Source: Prochlorococcus sp. AG-355-A09
Lineage (GTDB): Bacteria > Cyanobacteriota > Cyanobacteriia > PCC-6307 > Cyanobiaceae
Direction of reading: 5' to 3'
NCBI GenBank assembly: GCA_003280995.1
Contig: QCDG01000007.1
Span: 25,026-89,025, forward strand
Length of the DNA: 64,000 bases
The translations under genes were made by a program, and so were the position numbers. The notes below the pieces were generated by a model. That model was not told where the DNA came from. It did not search any database and saw only the letters and a list, made by a program, of their open reading frames with translations. Of this stretch, positions 43,310 to 53,312 are shown piece after piece; within the stretch, counting starts at the first letter, position 1; each line of letters begins with the position of its first letter.

Positions 43310-44017
43310 ATGAAAAAACTATCTAAAAGAATGGCGGTTCTATCAACAAAGATAGAAGATCGCATTTACGCACCACTTGAAGCTCTTAGTATTATCAAGG
43401 AAAATGCTAATGCAAAATTTGATGAAACTATTGAAGCACATATACGTCTAGGTATTGATCCAAAATATACTGATCAACAATTAAGGACCACTGTTGCATT
43501 ACCACATGGTACCGGCCAAAGCATCAAAATTGCAGTAATTACAAGCGGCGAGAATGTATCGAAAGCTAAGGCTGCTGGTGCAGATTTATTTGGCGAAGAA
43601 GATCTTGTAGAAAGTATCAACAAAGGAAATATGGAGTTTGACCTACTTATTGCAACTCCCGATATGATGCCAAAGGTTGCAAAATTAGGAAGAGTTTTAG
43701 GACCTAGAGGTTTAATGCCTAATCCTAAAGCTGGGACAGTAACTAATGACATTGCTAATGCAATAAAAGAATTCAAAGCTGGTAAGCTCGAATTTAGAGC
43801 AGATAAGGCTGGAATCGTTCATGTCCGCTTTGGAAAAGCAAGTTTCACAAAAGAGGCTCTATTTGACAACTTAAAAACCTTACAAGAATCAATTGATAAA
43901 AATAAACCAAGTGGAGCTAAGGGAAAGTATTGGAAAACTTTTTATATAACTTCAACTATGGGGCCTTCAGTTCAATTAGACATAAATGCCGTACAAGATT
44001 ACCAACCTGAAGGTTAA
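43310..44017 (+). CDS. rplA: 50S ribosomal protein L1
   Basis: [22 protein letters not shown]. Confidence 0.99.
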   Translation: MKKLSKRMAVLSTKIEDRIYAPLEALSIIKENANAKFDETIEAHIRLGIDPKYTDQQLRTTVALPHGTGQSIKIAVITSGENVSKAKAAGADLFGEEDLVESINKGNMEFDLLIATPDMMPKVAKLGRVLGPRGLMPNPKAGTVTNDIANAIKEFKAGKLEFRADKAGIVHVRFGKASFTKEALFDNLKTLQESIDKNKPSGAKGKYWKTFYITSTMGPSVQLDINAVQDYQPEG

Positions 44018-44027
44018 CGCTTTGTAG

Positions 44028-44033
44028 TATAAT
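44028..44033 (+). promoter_or_regulatory. Candidate -10 box for rplJL
   Basis: Perfect TATAAT about 18 nt upstream of the L10 leader core. Confidence 0.5.
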
Positions 44034-44050
44034 TTAAATTGCAATAATAC

Positions 44051-44176
44051 GGCCAAAGAAAGTAGGTTGATTTAGTTATTCTAAATTTTTAATTCCTACC
44101 GAGGACTCGTCTTAAATTATTTCTTTTTGGATCTAATAAAGCGGCCTCTTTAAAAGAACTTTGCCGCATTTCCTGC
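44051..44176 (+). ncRNA. Ribosomal protein L10 leader (cis-regulatory RNA); 3' boundary approximate
   Basis: CCAAAGAAAGTAGG...CCTACCGAGG core resembling the L10-leader k-turn, plus a GCGGC/GCCGC stem, in the 189-nt rplA-rplJ gap. Confidence 0.75.
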
Positions 44177-44206
44177 TCTCCCTAAATTACGATCCAAAAA
44201 ACATCA

Positions 44207-44734
44207 ATGGGCCGAACACTAGAGAATAAGCAAAAAATCGTTACTGAGATTAAATCTCTTTTAGACGACTCGGAAATGGCTGTAGTTCTTGACTATAAAG
44301 GTTTAACTATCAAAGAGATGTCAGATTTGCGATCTAGATTGCAAACAACTAACGGCATCTGCAAAGTTACTAAAAATTCATTAATGCGCAAAGCTATTGA
44401 TGGAGATAGTAATTGGAACGATCTTGAATCTTTACTGACCGGAACAAATGCTTTTGTGTTAATCAAAGAAGATGTTGGTGGTGCTGTAAAAGCAATCCAA
44501 TCTTTTCAAAAAGACACCAAAAAATCCGAGACCAAAGGAGCTTTATTTGAAGGCAGACTTCTTAGCAATTCTGAAATAAAAGAAATTGCAAGTCTTCCAT
44601 CTAAAGAAGTATTGATGGCAAAAATTGCTGGCGCTTTAAATGGCATAGCAACAAAAATTGCGATCTCTATCAATGAAGTGCCTTCTGGACTTGCAAGATC
44701 ACTTAAACAACATTCTGAAAAATCAGAATCTTAA
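44207..44734 (+). CDS. rplJ: 50S ribosomal protein L10
   Basis: DYKGLT, VTKNSL, LPSKE; operon position. Confidence 0.98.
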   Translation: MGRTLENKQKIVTEIKSLLDDSEMAVVLDYKGLTIKEMSDLRSRLQTTNGICKVTKNSLMRKAIDGDSNWNDLESLLTGTNAFVLIKEDVGGAVKAIQSFQKDTKKSETKGALFEGRLLSNSEIKEIASLPSKEVLMAKIAGALNGIATKIAISINEVPSGLARSLKQHSEKSES

Positions 44735-44762
44735 ATCAAAACCCTAATTAAATTTTAAGAAA

Positions 44763-45158
44763 ATGTCCGCAAAAACTGAAGAAATTCTTGAATCATTAAA
44801 ATCTTTATCACTTTTAGAAGCATCTGAGCTCGTAAAGCAAATTGAAGAGGCTTTTGGTGTATCTGCTGCAGCTTCTGCAGGTGTAGTAATGGCAGCTCCA
44901 GGAGCAGCTGGTGGTGACGCAGATGGTGGCGCTGCTGAAGAAAAAACTGAATTTGATGTAGTTCTCGAAAGCTTTGATGCAGCTGCAAAAATCAAAGTAC
45001 TTAAGGTTGTAAGAAATGCAACTGGTCTAGGTCTTGGTGATGCAAAAGCACTTGTTGAATCTGCACCAAAAACAGTAAAAGAAGGAATTGCCAAAGCAGA
45101 TGCTGAATCTTTAAAGAAAGAGATTGAAGAAGCTGGCGGTAAAGTTACACTTAAGTAA
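44763..45158 (+). CDS. rplL: 50S ribosomal protein L7/L12
   Basis: FGVSAAA hinge, [13 protein letters not shown]. Confidence 0.99.
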
Positions 45159-45165
45159 GAGTACA

Positions 45166-45202
45166 TTTTTTCAAGCCGATAACCTTAATATCGGCTTCAA
45201 AA
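45166..45202 (+). other. Strong hairpin between rplL and rnhA
   Basis: TTTTT-C-AAGCCGATA / TATCGGCTT-C-AAAAA inverted repeat, with no trailing U tract on either strand. Confidence 0.65.
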
Positions 45203-45205
45203 ATT

Positions 45206-45925
45206 ATGAATAGTGATAGTATTGCGATTGAAGCCGCAACAGATGGAGCCTGCAGTGGTAATCCAGGCCCAGGTGGTTGGGGCGGTTTAATAATTTTTGA
45301 CGATAACAGCGAATTAGAAATAGGTGGTTCCGAGCAAAATACTACTAATAACAGAATGGAACTCACTGCGGCTATAAAAACTCTTGAGAAATTAAAAACC
45401 TACAAATTAAAAGAGAACTTTAAACTAAGAACTGATAGTAAATATGTCATAGAGGGTTATACAAAATGGATTATTAATTGGAAGAAAAATGGATGGAAAA
45501 CAAGTTCAGGAAAACCAGTTCAAAATCTTGATCTATGGCAAAAAATTGATCAATTAAGAATTCATGGTCTAATAATGGAATATGTTAAAGGTCATAGCGG
45601 GGATAAACAAAATGATAGGGTTGATAAAATTGCAACTAATTACAGCAAAGGTATATCTATAGAAAGTAACTTAAAAAAAGTAGAATCCTCAGTTGATTTT
45701 TCTAAAAAAAATGCACCTGCAGAAATTCAGGAATTATTTTCCCGCAATGAATTAATTCAAAAATTTGCAGAAAAAAAGTACCTGTTAAGTTCACCTGAAC
45801 TAAACATCTTATTAGGTGATGAAAACTACTTAAAAATAAAACAATATTCACTTTTTGAATGGCGTAATTGGAGATTGATTCCTAAAGATAAAAAATATTG
45901 GATAATAGAAAAAAAAGAAACCTAA
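45206..45925 (+). CDS. rnhA: Ribonuclease HI with C-terminal extension
   Basis: [37 protein letters not shown]. Confidence 0.95.
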   Translation: MNSDSIAIEAATDGACSGNPGPGGWGGLIIFDDNSELEIGGSEQNTTNNRMELTAAIKTLEKLKTYKLKENFKLRTDSKYVIEGYTKWIINWKKNGWKTSSGKPVQNLDLWQKIDQLRIHGLIMEYVKGHSGDKQNDRVDKIATNYSKGISIESNLKKVESSVDFSKKNAPAEIQELFSRNELIQKFAEKKYLLSSPELNILLGDENYLKIKQYSLFEWRNWRLIPKDKKYWIIEKKET

Positions 45926-45931
45926 TTTTTT

Positions 45932-47101
45932 ATGAATGAACATAAGGGGGGATTTAAGAATCTTTATAAAAACTTGATTACCCCTGTATTAAAAAAAGAC
46001 TCTGGAATTGATGCAGAATACTTAACAAATTTATCCCTTAGTCTCCTATCATTCAGTTCAAGAAAATATAATTGGCCTATAGTATCTTCTATCTTAAAAA
46101 ATCTAAATGAAGAATTTTCTGTAGTTGATAAAAGGTTAACTCAGAACATATGTGGAATAAATTTTTGTAATCCAATTGGTTTAGCTGCGGGTTTTGACAA
46201 AAATGGAAATGCTGCAAATATATGGAAAGATTTTGGTTTTGGATTTGCTGAGCTTGGTACGGTAACTAAATTTGCTCAGAATGGGAATCCCAAACCAAGG
46301 TTATTTAGATTGGCAGAAGAAGAAGCAGCATTAAATAGAATGGGTTTCAATAATAATGGTGCTGAAAATCTAGTTAAAAACTTTGTCGAACAAGGTATTG
46401 AGTTTAAAAAAGACAGGGAGAATATTTGTTTAGGGATAAATTTCGGGAAGTCAAAAATTACAAGTTTATCTCAAGCAAAAGATGATTATTTAACTTCTCT
46501 AAAATTATTAATTCCATATTGTGATTACGCAGCAATAAACGTTAGTTCTCCAAATACTGAAGGGCTAAGAAAATTACAAGATCCCATTCTTCTAAAAGAA
46601 CTTCTTAGAGAAATTAAAAACTTACCTAATTGTCCACCATTATTTGTAAAAATTGCACCAGATTTAGGCCTTAAAGATATTGAAGATATTTGCCAATTAA
46701 TAATCGAGGAAAACATCGATGGAATAATTGCTACAAACACTAGCATTGATAGATTAGGTCTTGAGAATAGAAAGATCAGGCAAACTGGATTATTACTCTC
46801 TCAAGAGAATGGAGGATTAAGTGGAAGGCCTCTTCAAAAAAAAGCAAATAAAATAATAAAACATATACATAATATTGATAAAAAGATTATTTTAATTGGC
46901 GTTGGTGGAATAGATAGTCCTGAGTCAGCTTGGGAAAGAATTTGTTCTGGAGCATCATTAATTCAACTTTATACAGGATGGATATATAAGGGTCCACAAT
47001 TAGTTCCAGATATACTTGAGGGAATTATAAAGCAACTCAATAACCATCAATTATCTAGTATAAAAGATGCAATTGGATCAGATTTAAAATGGGTTGAATA
47101 A
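45932..47101 (+). CDS. pyrD: Quinone-dependent dihydroorotate dehydrogenase
   Basis: GLAAGFDKN, NRMGFNN, NVSSPNT, GGLSG. Confidence 0.97.
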   Translation: MNEHKGGFKNLYKNLITPVLKKDSGIDAEYLTNLSLSLLSFSSRKYNWPIVSSILKNLNEEFSVVDKRLTQNICGINFCNPIGLAAGFDKNGNAANIWKDFGFGFAELGTVTKFAQNGNPKPRLFRLAEEEAALNRMGFNNNGAENLVKNFVEQGIEFKKDRENICLGINFGKSKITSLSQAKDDYLTSLKLLIPYCDYAAINVSSPNTEGLRKLQDPILLKELLREIKNLPNCPPLFVKIAPDLGLKDIEDICQLIIEENIDGIIATNTSIDRLGLENRKIRQTGLLLSQENGGLSGRPLQKKANKIIKHIHNIDKKIILIGVGGIDSPESAWERICSGASLIQLYTGWIYKGPQLVPDILEGIIKQLNNHQLSSIKDAIGSDLKWVE

Positions 47102-47110
47102 AATTAGAGA

Positions 47111-48232
47111 ATGAATAATGAACCTCATGATTACTCAACGTTAGCCATGCAAGGATCAAACTTGAAGCACGGTGGAAATGTATATGCAACTGCGAAAAAA
47201 TTAAATTTATTACCCTCCGAAATCATTGATGCAAGTGCATCATTAGTACCCTTTGATCCCCCTCAAATACTAATAGATTCAATAAATGCGGAAATTAAGA
47301 ATCTTGGCTTTAGATATTACCCAGAAAGAAACTTGAGTGATCTGAAAGAAATAATCGGCAAATTTCATGGGATAAATCCAGACAATATATTGCCTGGAAA
47401 TGGAGCTTCTGAATTAATAACCTGGGCAGGTTATGAAGCATCCAAATTCGGAATAAGTTGTATTCCTTCTCCATCATTTGTTGATTATGAAAGATCTTTA
47501 AATTGTTGGAATAGCAATTTTATACATTGCGAATTACCAAAAAACTGGAATGATATTTTTCCTCAATCATTTCCGCTTCATCCAAAAGGTGATGTTATTT
47601 GGATAACAAATCCACATAACCCTACAGGCCAATTATGGGAAAAGAATTCATTGGAGGAAGTTGTGAAAAAATATAAATTAGTTATCTGCGATGAAGCTTT
47701 CTTATCGATAACACCTAATGGAGACAAAGAATCTTTAATACCATTAACCAAAAGATTTGATAATTTATTAGTCTTGAGAAGCTTGACCAAAATCTTCAAT
47801 ATTCCTGGTCTTAGATTAGGTTACGTTATTGGCTCTTCGAAAAAACTTAAACAATGGGAAATAAATAGAGATCCTTGGCCTTTAAATTCATTTTCTATTA
47901 AAGCCGGAATTGATCTGCTAAGTAATAAGAAATTCTATGAACAGTGGATAAAACAGATTCACAGCTGGATAAATATTGAAAAAAAGAGAGTATTTGAAAA
48001 ATTATTAAAAATAGAGAACCTTAAAGTTCATAACTCTTCAACCAACTTTTTTTTAATAGAAAGTGAAACATCCTTGTCGCCAAATATAAAATACTTAGAA
48101 AACAAGGGAATATTGCTTAGAGAATGCACTTCATTTAGATTTCTTGACGAAAAGTGGGCAAGAATAAGTCTGCAGAATAGAAAAAATAACACTCTTTTAT
48201 GTGAAGAAATTCAGAATTCCTTTAAAAAATAA
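47111..48232 (+). CDS. cobD: PLP-dependent threonine-phosphate decarboxylase (CobD/CobC-like)
   Basis: N-terminal HGGN, NPHNPTG, DEAF, RSLTKIFNIPGLRLGY. Confidence 0.8.
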   Translation: MNNEPHDYSTLAMQGSNLKHGGNVYATAKKLNLLPSEIIDASASLVPFDPPQILIDSINAEIKNLGFRYYPERNLSDLKEIIGKFHGINPDNILPGNGASELITWAGYEASKFGISCIPSPSFVDYERSLNCWNSNFIHCELPKNWNDIFPQSFPLHPKGDVIWITNPHNPTGQLWEKNSLEEVVKKYKLVICDEAFLSITPNGDKESLIPLTKRFDNLLVLRSLTKIFNIPGLRLGYVIGSSKKLKQWEINRDPWPLNSFSIKAGIDLLSNKKFYEQWIKQIHSWINIEKKRVFEKLLKIENLKVHNSSTNFFLIESETSLSPNIKYLENKGILLRECTSFRFLDEKWARISLQNRKNNTLLCEEIQNSFKK

Positions 48233-49302
48233 TTAATATACTTTTTAATCTCATTTTTAGATTTAATTTTATTATTATTTTCCATATTCTTCTTCATAAG
48301 ATCTAATATTTCATAATGATTTTTTTGCTTTTTAGATTTTATTTTAAAAATTCTTTCTAGAGTTTCTTCAAAAACTTCTTTGGACATTTTATTCTGATTG
48401 ATTAAAACTGAGCCTCCACTTGCAGCAAGAATCATGGCATTTTTCTCCTGATGATTATTTTTAGAATCTGGATATGGAATTAAAATTGAAGGTTTTTCAG
48501 CCTCCATTAATTCATTGATTGTTCCTGCACCAGATCTCGATATTACAAGATCACAGTTTTGAATTAAAGCTGCTATGTCATTAGTAAATTTCTTTTGAAT
48601 ATAATTTTTGGAGTTTTTTACATGAAAAGGTTTTAGATTAGATTCGCCAACAATATGAACTATCCGAAATTGTTTTTTTATTAAAAATTCTAGAGATTCA
48701 TAAAGAATTTGATTTATAGCTTTTGCTCCTTGACTACCACCCATAACAATCAAAAGAGGTCCATTTCCTTTTGGAACCCATTCTGGCAAAAAATTAAATT
48801 TATAGAATTGCTCTCTTAAAGGTGTTCCAGTGAAAATAGTTTTACAATTTTTTAAATAAGAATTTGTTTCTTTAAATCCTAAAAGAACATAGTTACATAA
48901 AAAACCAAAATATTTTGTGACCATTCCTGGAATTACATTTGATTCATGAATAATGATAGGTATCCTTAGAAGTTTTGAAGCAACAATAGTAGGTGCTGAT
49001 ATATAACCGCCAGTCGCAAAAACTAAATTAATTTTTTTTTCTTTTAAGATCCTAATTATTTGAAAAGTTGACATTAAAATTTCTATATATTGATAAAACA
49101 AAAAAATATTTTTTCTTGGTGTCTTTATATTTAAAGTAGTCAAATTATATTTTTCGGGAATAAAATTTGCATCAAGTCTTTGACTAACACCTAACCAATG
49201 AATATTCCATTCATCTTCCACCTCTTTAGAAACTGCTAAGGCTGGGAAAATATGCCCCCCTGTCCCACTTGCAGCAACTAATAAATTATTTTTTTTATAC
49301 AT
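48211..49302 (-). CDS. murG: Lipid II GlcNAc transferase MurG
   Basis: GTGGHIFP, GGY, HESN, GGSQGA, RSGA. Confidence 0.96.
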   Translation of the reverse strand: MYKKNNLLVAASGTGGHIFPALAVSKEVEDEWNIHWLGVSQRLDANFIPEKYNLTTLNIKTPRKNIFLFYQYIEILMSTFQIIRILKEKKINLVFATGGYISAPTIVASKLLRIPIIIHESNVIPGMVTKYFGFLCNYVLLGFKETNSYLKNCKTIFTGTPLREQFYKFNFLPEWVPKGNGPLLIVMGGSQGAKAINQILYESLEFLIKKQFRIVHIVGESNLKPFHVKNSKNYIQKKFTNDIAALIQNCDLVISRSGAGTINELMEAEKPSILIPYPDSKNNHQEKNAMILAASGGSVLINQNKMSKEVFEETLERIFKIKSKKQKNHYEILDLMKKNMENNNKIKSKNEIKKYINYFLKEF

Positions 49303-49333
49303 AAAAACCTAAAATAGTAGAATAAAATAACCA

Positions 49334-50068
49334 ATGATTAATATGTTTAATTTCAACTTATTCAAAAATATAGGATTTCTTCTCTACTTATTTGTTTATC
49401 TTATTTTTCCCTATTCAGCAATAACGCAAACTTTGAAAGTCGATTTTATAAGAAATCTAGAAAAATCCTTAAATGCAAAAGATTTAGAATTCATTAGAAA
49501 AAATTTTAGAAATGAAGAAAGCCAAAATATACAAAAACAATTTTCAGAGATTATTAATGATTTCCCTAACAGCAAATGGAAGATCAAAAGGTTAAAATCT
49601 AATATTCCAGATGAAGATATTTTGCGAATAAAAGTTTTTGGGGAAAAAATAGTTAATGGAGAAATATATATACTCGAATCCAAATTTGATTATTTATTTT
49701 CAAACGTAAATGGAAAAATACATGAAGGGATTATCAAAAATTTATTCACCACAATAAGAAACGATAATAAAAAAATTGATATTAGTTTTAATATTCCTGA
49801 TAGAGTTCTTACTGGTTCAAAATACGATATCGATATAATTCTAAATAAGCCTCTTGAAGAAGTGATTATTGCTGGAGCTATAAAACCTCATCAAGTTAAT
49901 TCATTGTTTGAACAAGAAATATTACTGGAGCCATTGGCGTCTGGAGGAATTTTTAAAATAACAAGAGCCCCTTCAAAACCAGGGACACAAATTTGGTCAG
50001 GAGTCATAGCTCATCCTGAAGGAATGATTACTTTCACAAAGAGCATTGATATTGTTGATAAGATATAG
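49334..50068 (+). CDS. Exported hypothetical protein (possible NTF2-like N-terminal domain)
   Basis: Signal-peptide-like N-terminus; GSKYDIDII and SGGIFK motifs; between murG and pgk. Confidence 0.65.
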   Translation: MINMFNFNLFKNIGFLLYLFVYLIFPYSAITQTLKVDFIRNLEKSLNAKDLEFIRKNFRNEESQNIQKQFSEIINDFPNSKWKIKRLKSNIPDEDILRIKVFGEKIVNGEIYILESKFDYLFSNVNGKIHEGIIKNLFTTIRNDNKKIDISFNIPDRVLTGSKYDIDIILNKPLEEVIIAGAIKPHQVNSLFEQEILLEPLASGGIFKITRAPSKPGTQIWSGVIAHPEGMITFTKSIDIVDKI

Positions 50069-50069
50069 C

Positions 50070-51278
50070 CTAAGCGTCGTTTAACGCAGCCACACCTGGT
50101 AAAGTTTTACCCTCTAAAAGTTCCAAACTAGCCCCACCTCCAGTAGATATATGAGACATTTTCTCAGCTAATCCTGCTTTTTCAACTGCTGCGACTGAAT
50201 CTCCACCACCAATTATTGTACAAACTTCAGAAAAAGCACTTAAGTCCGCAAGAGTCGTAGCTATTGCATTTGTACCGTCTGCAAATTTATCAAATTCAAA
50301 AACTCCCATTGGACCATTCCAAATAATTGTCTTACATTCTGCAAGAGCATTCTGAAAAACTTTAATGGAATCTGGACCAATATCTAGACCCATCCAATTC
50401 CCACTAATTGCATCAATTTGAGATATTTTACTATTGGCGTCAGGAGAAAATTCATCAGCCAAAACAACATCAGTGGGTAATAGCAATTCTACTCCTTTTG
50501 CTTTTGCTTTTGCTTCTAAATCTTTAGCAAGCTCGAGTTTATCTTCTTCTACAAGGCTCTTTCCGACATCTAAACCTCTAGCTTTATAAAAAGTGAAAAT
50601 CATACCTCCACCAATCATGATTTTGTCACACTTATCTAGTAAAGAATCAAGTACTCCAATTTTGCTACTAACCTTTGATCCTCCAACTATTGCTGCCAAT
50701 GGACGATTTGGGGAATCTACAGCTCCTTGTAGGTATTTCAATTCTTTTTCTAAAAGAAATCCAGCTACTGAGGGACTTAAATAATTTGTAACACCCTGAG
50801 TTGAAGCATGCGCTCTATGAGCAGCACCGAAAGCATCATTTACGTACATATCTGCATGTGATGCTAATTTTTTAGCAAACTCCATGTCGTTCTTTTCCTC
50901 TTCACCAAAAAAACGAACATTCTCAAGTAAAAGAACATCTCCATTAGATAAGCTATTTGATTGTGCAACTGCTTCATCACCAATACAACTGTTAGTAAGA
51001 GCAACATTTTGCCCCAACAATTCACTTAATCTTGCTGCTACTGGAGTTAATCTCATTTTTTCATTTACCTGACCCTTCGGTCTACCAAAATGAGCAGCTA
51101 AAATAACTTTTGCAGAATGATTAATAAGATATTCAATAGTTGGGATCGCTGCACGAATACGCGTATCGTCGGTTATTTGACCGTCTTCATTTAATGGAAC
51201 ATTAAAATCTACTCTTACAAGAACTTTTTTTCCTTCTAAATGTGTCTTATCAAGACTGGAAAGAGATAATTTTGACAT
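50070..51278 (-). CDS. pgk: Phosphoglycerate kinase
   Basis: [36 protein letters not shown]. Confidence 0.99.
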   Translation of the reverse strand: MSKLSLSSLDKTHLEGKKVLVRVDFNVPLNEDGQITDDTRIRAAIPTIEYLINHSAKVILAAHFGRPKGQVNEKMRLTPVAARLSELLGQNVALTNSCIGDEAVAQSNSLSNGDVLLLENVRFFGEEEKNDMEFAKKLASHADMYVNDAFGAAHRAHASTQGVTNYLSPSVAGFLLEKELKYLQGAVDSPNRPLAAIVGGSKVSSKIGVLDSLLDKCDKIMIGGGMIFTFYKARGLDVGKSLVEEDKLELAKDLEAKAKAKGVELLLPTDVVLADEFSPDANSKISQIDAISGNWMGLDIGPDSIKVFQNALAECKTIIWNGPMGVFEFDKFADGTNAIATTLADLSAFSEVCTIIGGGDSVAAVEKAGLAEKMSHISTGGGASLELLEGKTLPGVAALNDA

Positions 51279-51311
51279 TAAACAAGCTATATTTATAATC
51301 TCAAGACCCTA

Positions 51312-51354
51312 ACGTTAATTTGGGCTTATTGGGTTAAAAAGTAGTTACTGTTAC
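51312..51354 (-). promoter_or_regulatory. Candidate NtcA-activated promoter of pgk
   Basis: Minus strand GTA-ACAGTAAC-TAC (51354-51341), 23-nt spacer, TAACGT (51317-51312). Confidence 0.5.
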
Positions 51355-51489
51355 CTATGCCTTAATAAATTTTAAGAATTAACGATTATAAAAATTTTTA
51401 GTTATTAAATTTATACTAAAATTTAGAAGTAAATACTTTTGAAACTTATAAAACTAAAAGGAATACAAAATTTTATTTGATTTATTGAA

Positions 51490-52362
51490 GTGGACATACC
51501 CAAAATCCAATGGTACCCAGGCCATATCGCAAAAGCAGAAAAGAAATTATCTGAAGTTATCAATAAAGTAGATTTAGTTATCGAAGTGAGAGATGCACGA
51601 ATTCCTTTGTCAACAGGACATCCACACTTAAATAAATGGATAAATAATAAAAAACATATTCTTGTCATTAACAGATCAGATATGATCTCCCCGAATACAA
51701 TCAATAGTTGGAATAAATGGTTTAATTCTAAAGATCAATATCCTCTTTGGTGTGATGCTAAAAGAGGAATAGGGATTAAAGAAATTTGTAAGTCAGCCAA
51801 AGATTCTAGGTCTTCAATCGACGATAGAAGACTCTCTAGAGGAATGCGAATTAGGCCAATTAGAGCCCTTACACTTGGTTTTCCAAACGTAGGAAAGTCG
51901 GCATTAATTAATAGAATCGCAAAAAAAAGAGTTGTAGATAGCGCTAGGAAAGCAGGCGTGACTCGTAATTTAAGATGGATAAAATTAGAAAGTGGTATAG
52001 ATCTGCTAGATGCTCCTGGTGTTATACCTCCAAATTTAGAAGATCAAAAATCAGCACTTAATCTTGCACTTTGTGACGATATTGGAGAAGCTGCTTATGA
52101 AATAGAGAGTGTCGCAATTGGATTTATCAAAATTATATCCACTCTCAACAAAGATAAGAATGCGAATATCTCAGTTAAACAAATATCTAATAGATATGGA
52201 GTTGATATTACTAAAGGCTTTAAGAGTCCTTCTGCTTGGATCGACGAAGCAGCTTCAAAACATACCTCTGGCGATAAAAGGAGAATGTCTCATAAGTTAT
52301 TGGAAGATTATAGAAATCAAATGCTGGGTAAAATTGCTTTAGAAGTCCCACTATGGAATTAA
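51490..52362 (+). CDS. ylqF: Ribosome biogenesis GTPase YlqF/RbgA
   Basis: IQWYPGH, DARIP, GFPNVGKS, LLDAPG. Confidence 0.96.
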   Translation: MDIPKIQWYPGHIAKAEKKLSEVINKVDLVIEVRDARIPLSTGHPHLNKWINNKKHILVINRSDMISPNTINSWNKWFNSKDQYPLWCDAKRGIGIKEICKSAKDSRSSIDDRRLSRGMRIRPIRALTLGFPNVGKSALINRIAKKRVVDSARKAGVTRNLRWIKLESGIDLLDAPGVIPPNLEDQKSALNLALCDDIGEAAYEIESVAIGFIKIISTLNKDKNANISVKQISNRYGVDITKGFKSPSAWIDEAASKHTSGDKRRMSHKLLEDYRNQMLGKIALEVPLWN

Positions 52363-53312
52363 ATAATCAAAATTCTTTCGGCATTGGAGAAGGTGAGCTT
52401 ATAGAAATTATTTATGAGCTACCTCTTCCTATGAGGCTAGACAGATGGTTGGTAAGTAAAAGGCCAGAACAAAGTAGAGCAAGAATTCAACATTTTATAA
52501 ATTCAGGTTTAGTACTTGTAAACTATAAGACTGCGAAAGCAAAGACCCCATTAAGAAATGGCGACAATATTCAAATATGGATGCCTCCTCCAGAACCTCT
52601 TATTTATTTGAAACCTGAAAAAATGGATTTAAATATCCTTTTTGAAGACGAGCACATCATAGTAATTAATAAACAATCAGGACTAATTGTTCATCCAGCC
52701 CCTGGACACAAATCTGGAACTTTAGTAAATGGATTACTTTTTCACTGTAAAGATCTACCTGGAATTAATGGGAAACTAAGACCTGGGATTGTTCACAGAT
52801 TAGATAAAGATACCTCCGGATGTATGGTTGTTGCAAAAAGCCAAGAGGCATTAGTAAATCTCCAGAAACAAATTAAAGAAAAAATAGCATCACGCGAATA
52901 TATTGCAGTAATTCATGGAGCACCGAATTGTGAAGAAGGCCAAATAGTGGGAAACATTGGCAGAGATAAATTAAATAGATTGAAATATAAAGTAGTTGAA
53001 GAAACTTCAGGAAGGTATGCCTGTACCTATTGGAAATTAGAAGAAAGATTTGGCAATTACTCATTAATGAGTTTCAAACTAGATACGGGGCGAACGCATC
53101 AAATAAGAGTACATTGCGCTCACATTAATCATCCAATTGTGGGTGATCCGTTATATGGAAGATGTAAAAAACTACCATGTAAATTAGATGGCCAAGCTTT
53201 ACACGCCATTAAGCTTGGACTTATACATCCAATAAATGGTAAAGAAATGATATTTGAATCAGAATTACCATTAGATTTTCAAAAATTACTAAGTGTTCTT
53301 AAAATTAAATAA
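52353..53312 (+). CDS. rluD: RluA/RluD family pseudouridine synthase with S4 domain
   Basis: RLDRW S4 domain, VHRLDKDTSG, TGRTHQIRVH. Confidence 0.9.
   Translation: MELNNQNSFGIGEGELIEIIYELPLPMRLDRWLVSKRPEQSRARIQHFINSGLVLVNYKTAKAKTPLRNGDNIQIWMPPPEPLIYLKPEKMDLNILFEDEHIIVINKQSGLIVHPAPGHKSGTLVNGLLFHCKDLPGINGKLRPGIVHRLDKDTSGCMVVAKSQEALVNLQKQIKEKIASREYIAVIHGAPNCEEGQIVGNIGRDKLNRLKYKVVEETSGRYACTYWKLEERFGNYSLMSFKLDTGRTHQIRVHCAHINHPIVGDPLYGRCKKLPCKLDGQALHAIKLGLIHPINGKEMIFESELPLDFQKLLSVLKIK

Noticed and set aside
44744..45166. 140-aa antisense ORF over rplL
   Set aside because: Mirror-frame artefact of codon bias in an Ala/Glu/Lys-rich gene; no recognisable motifs.
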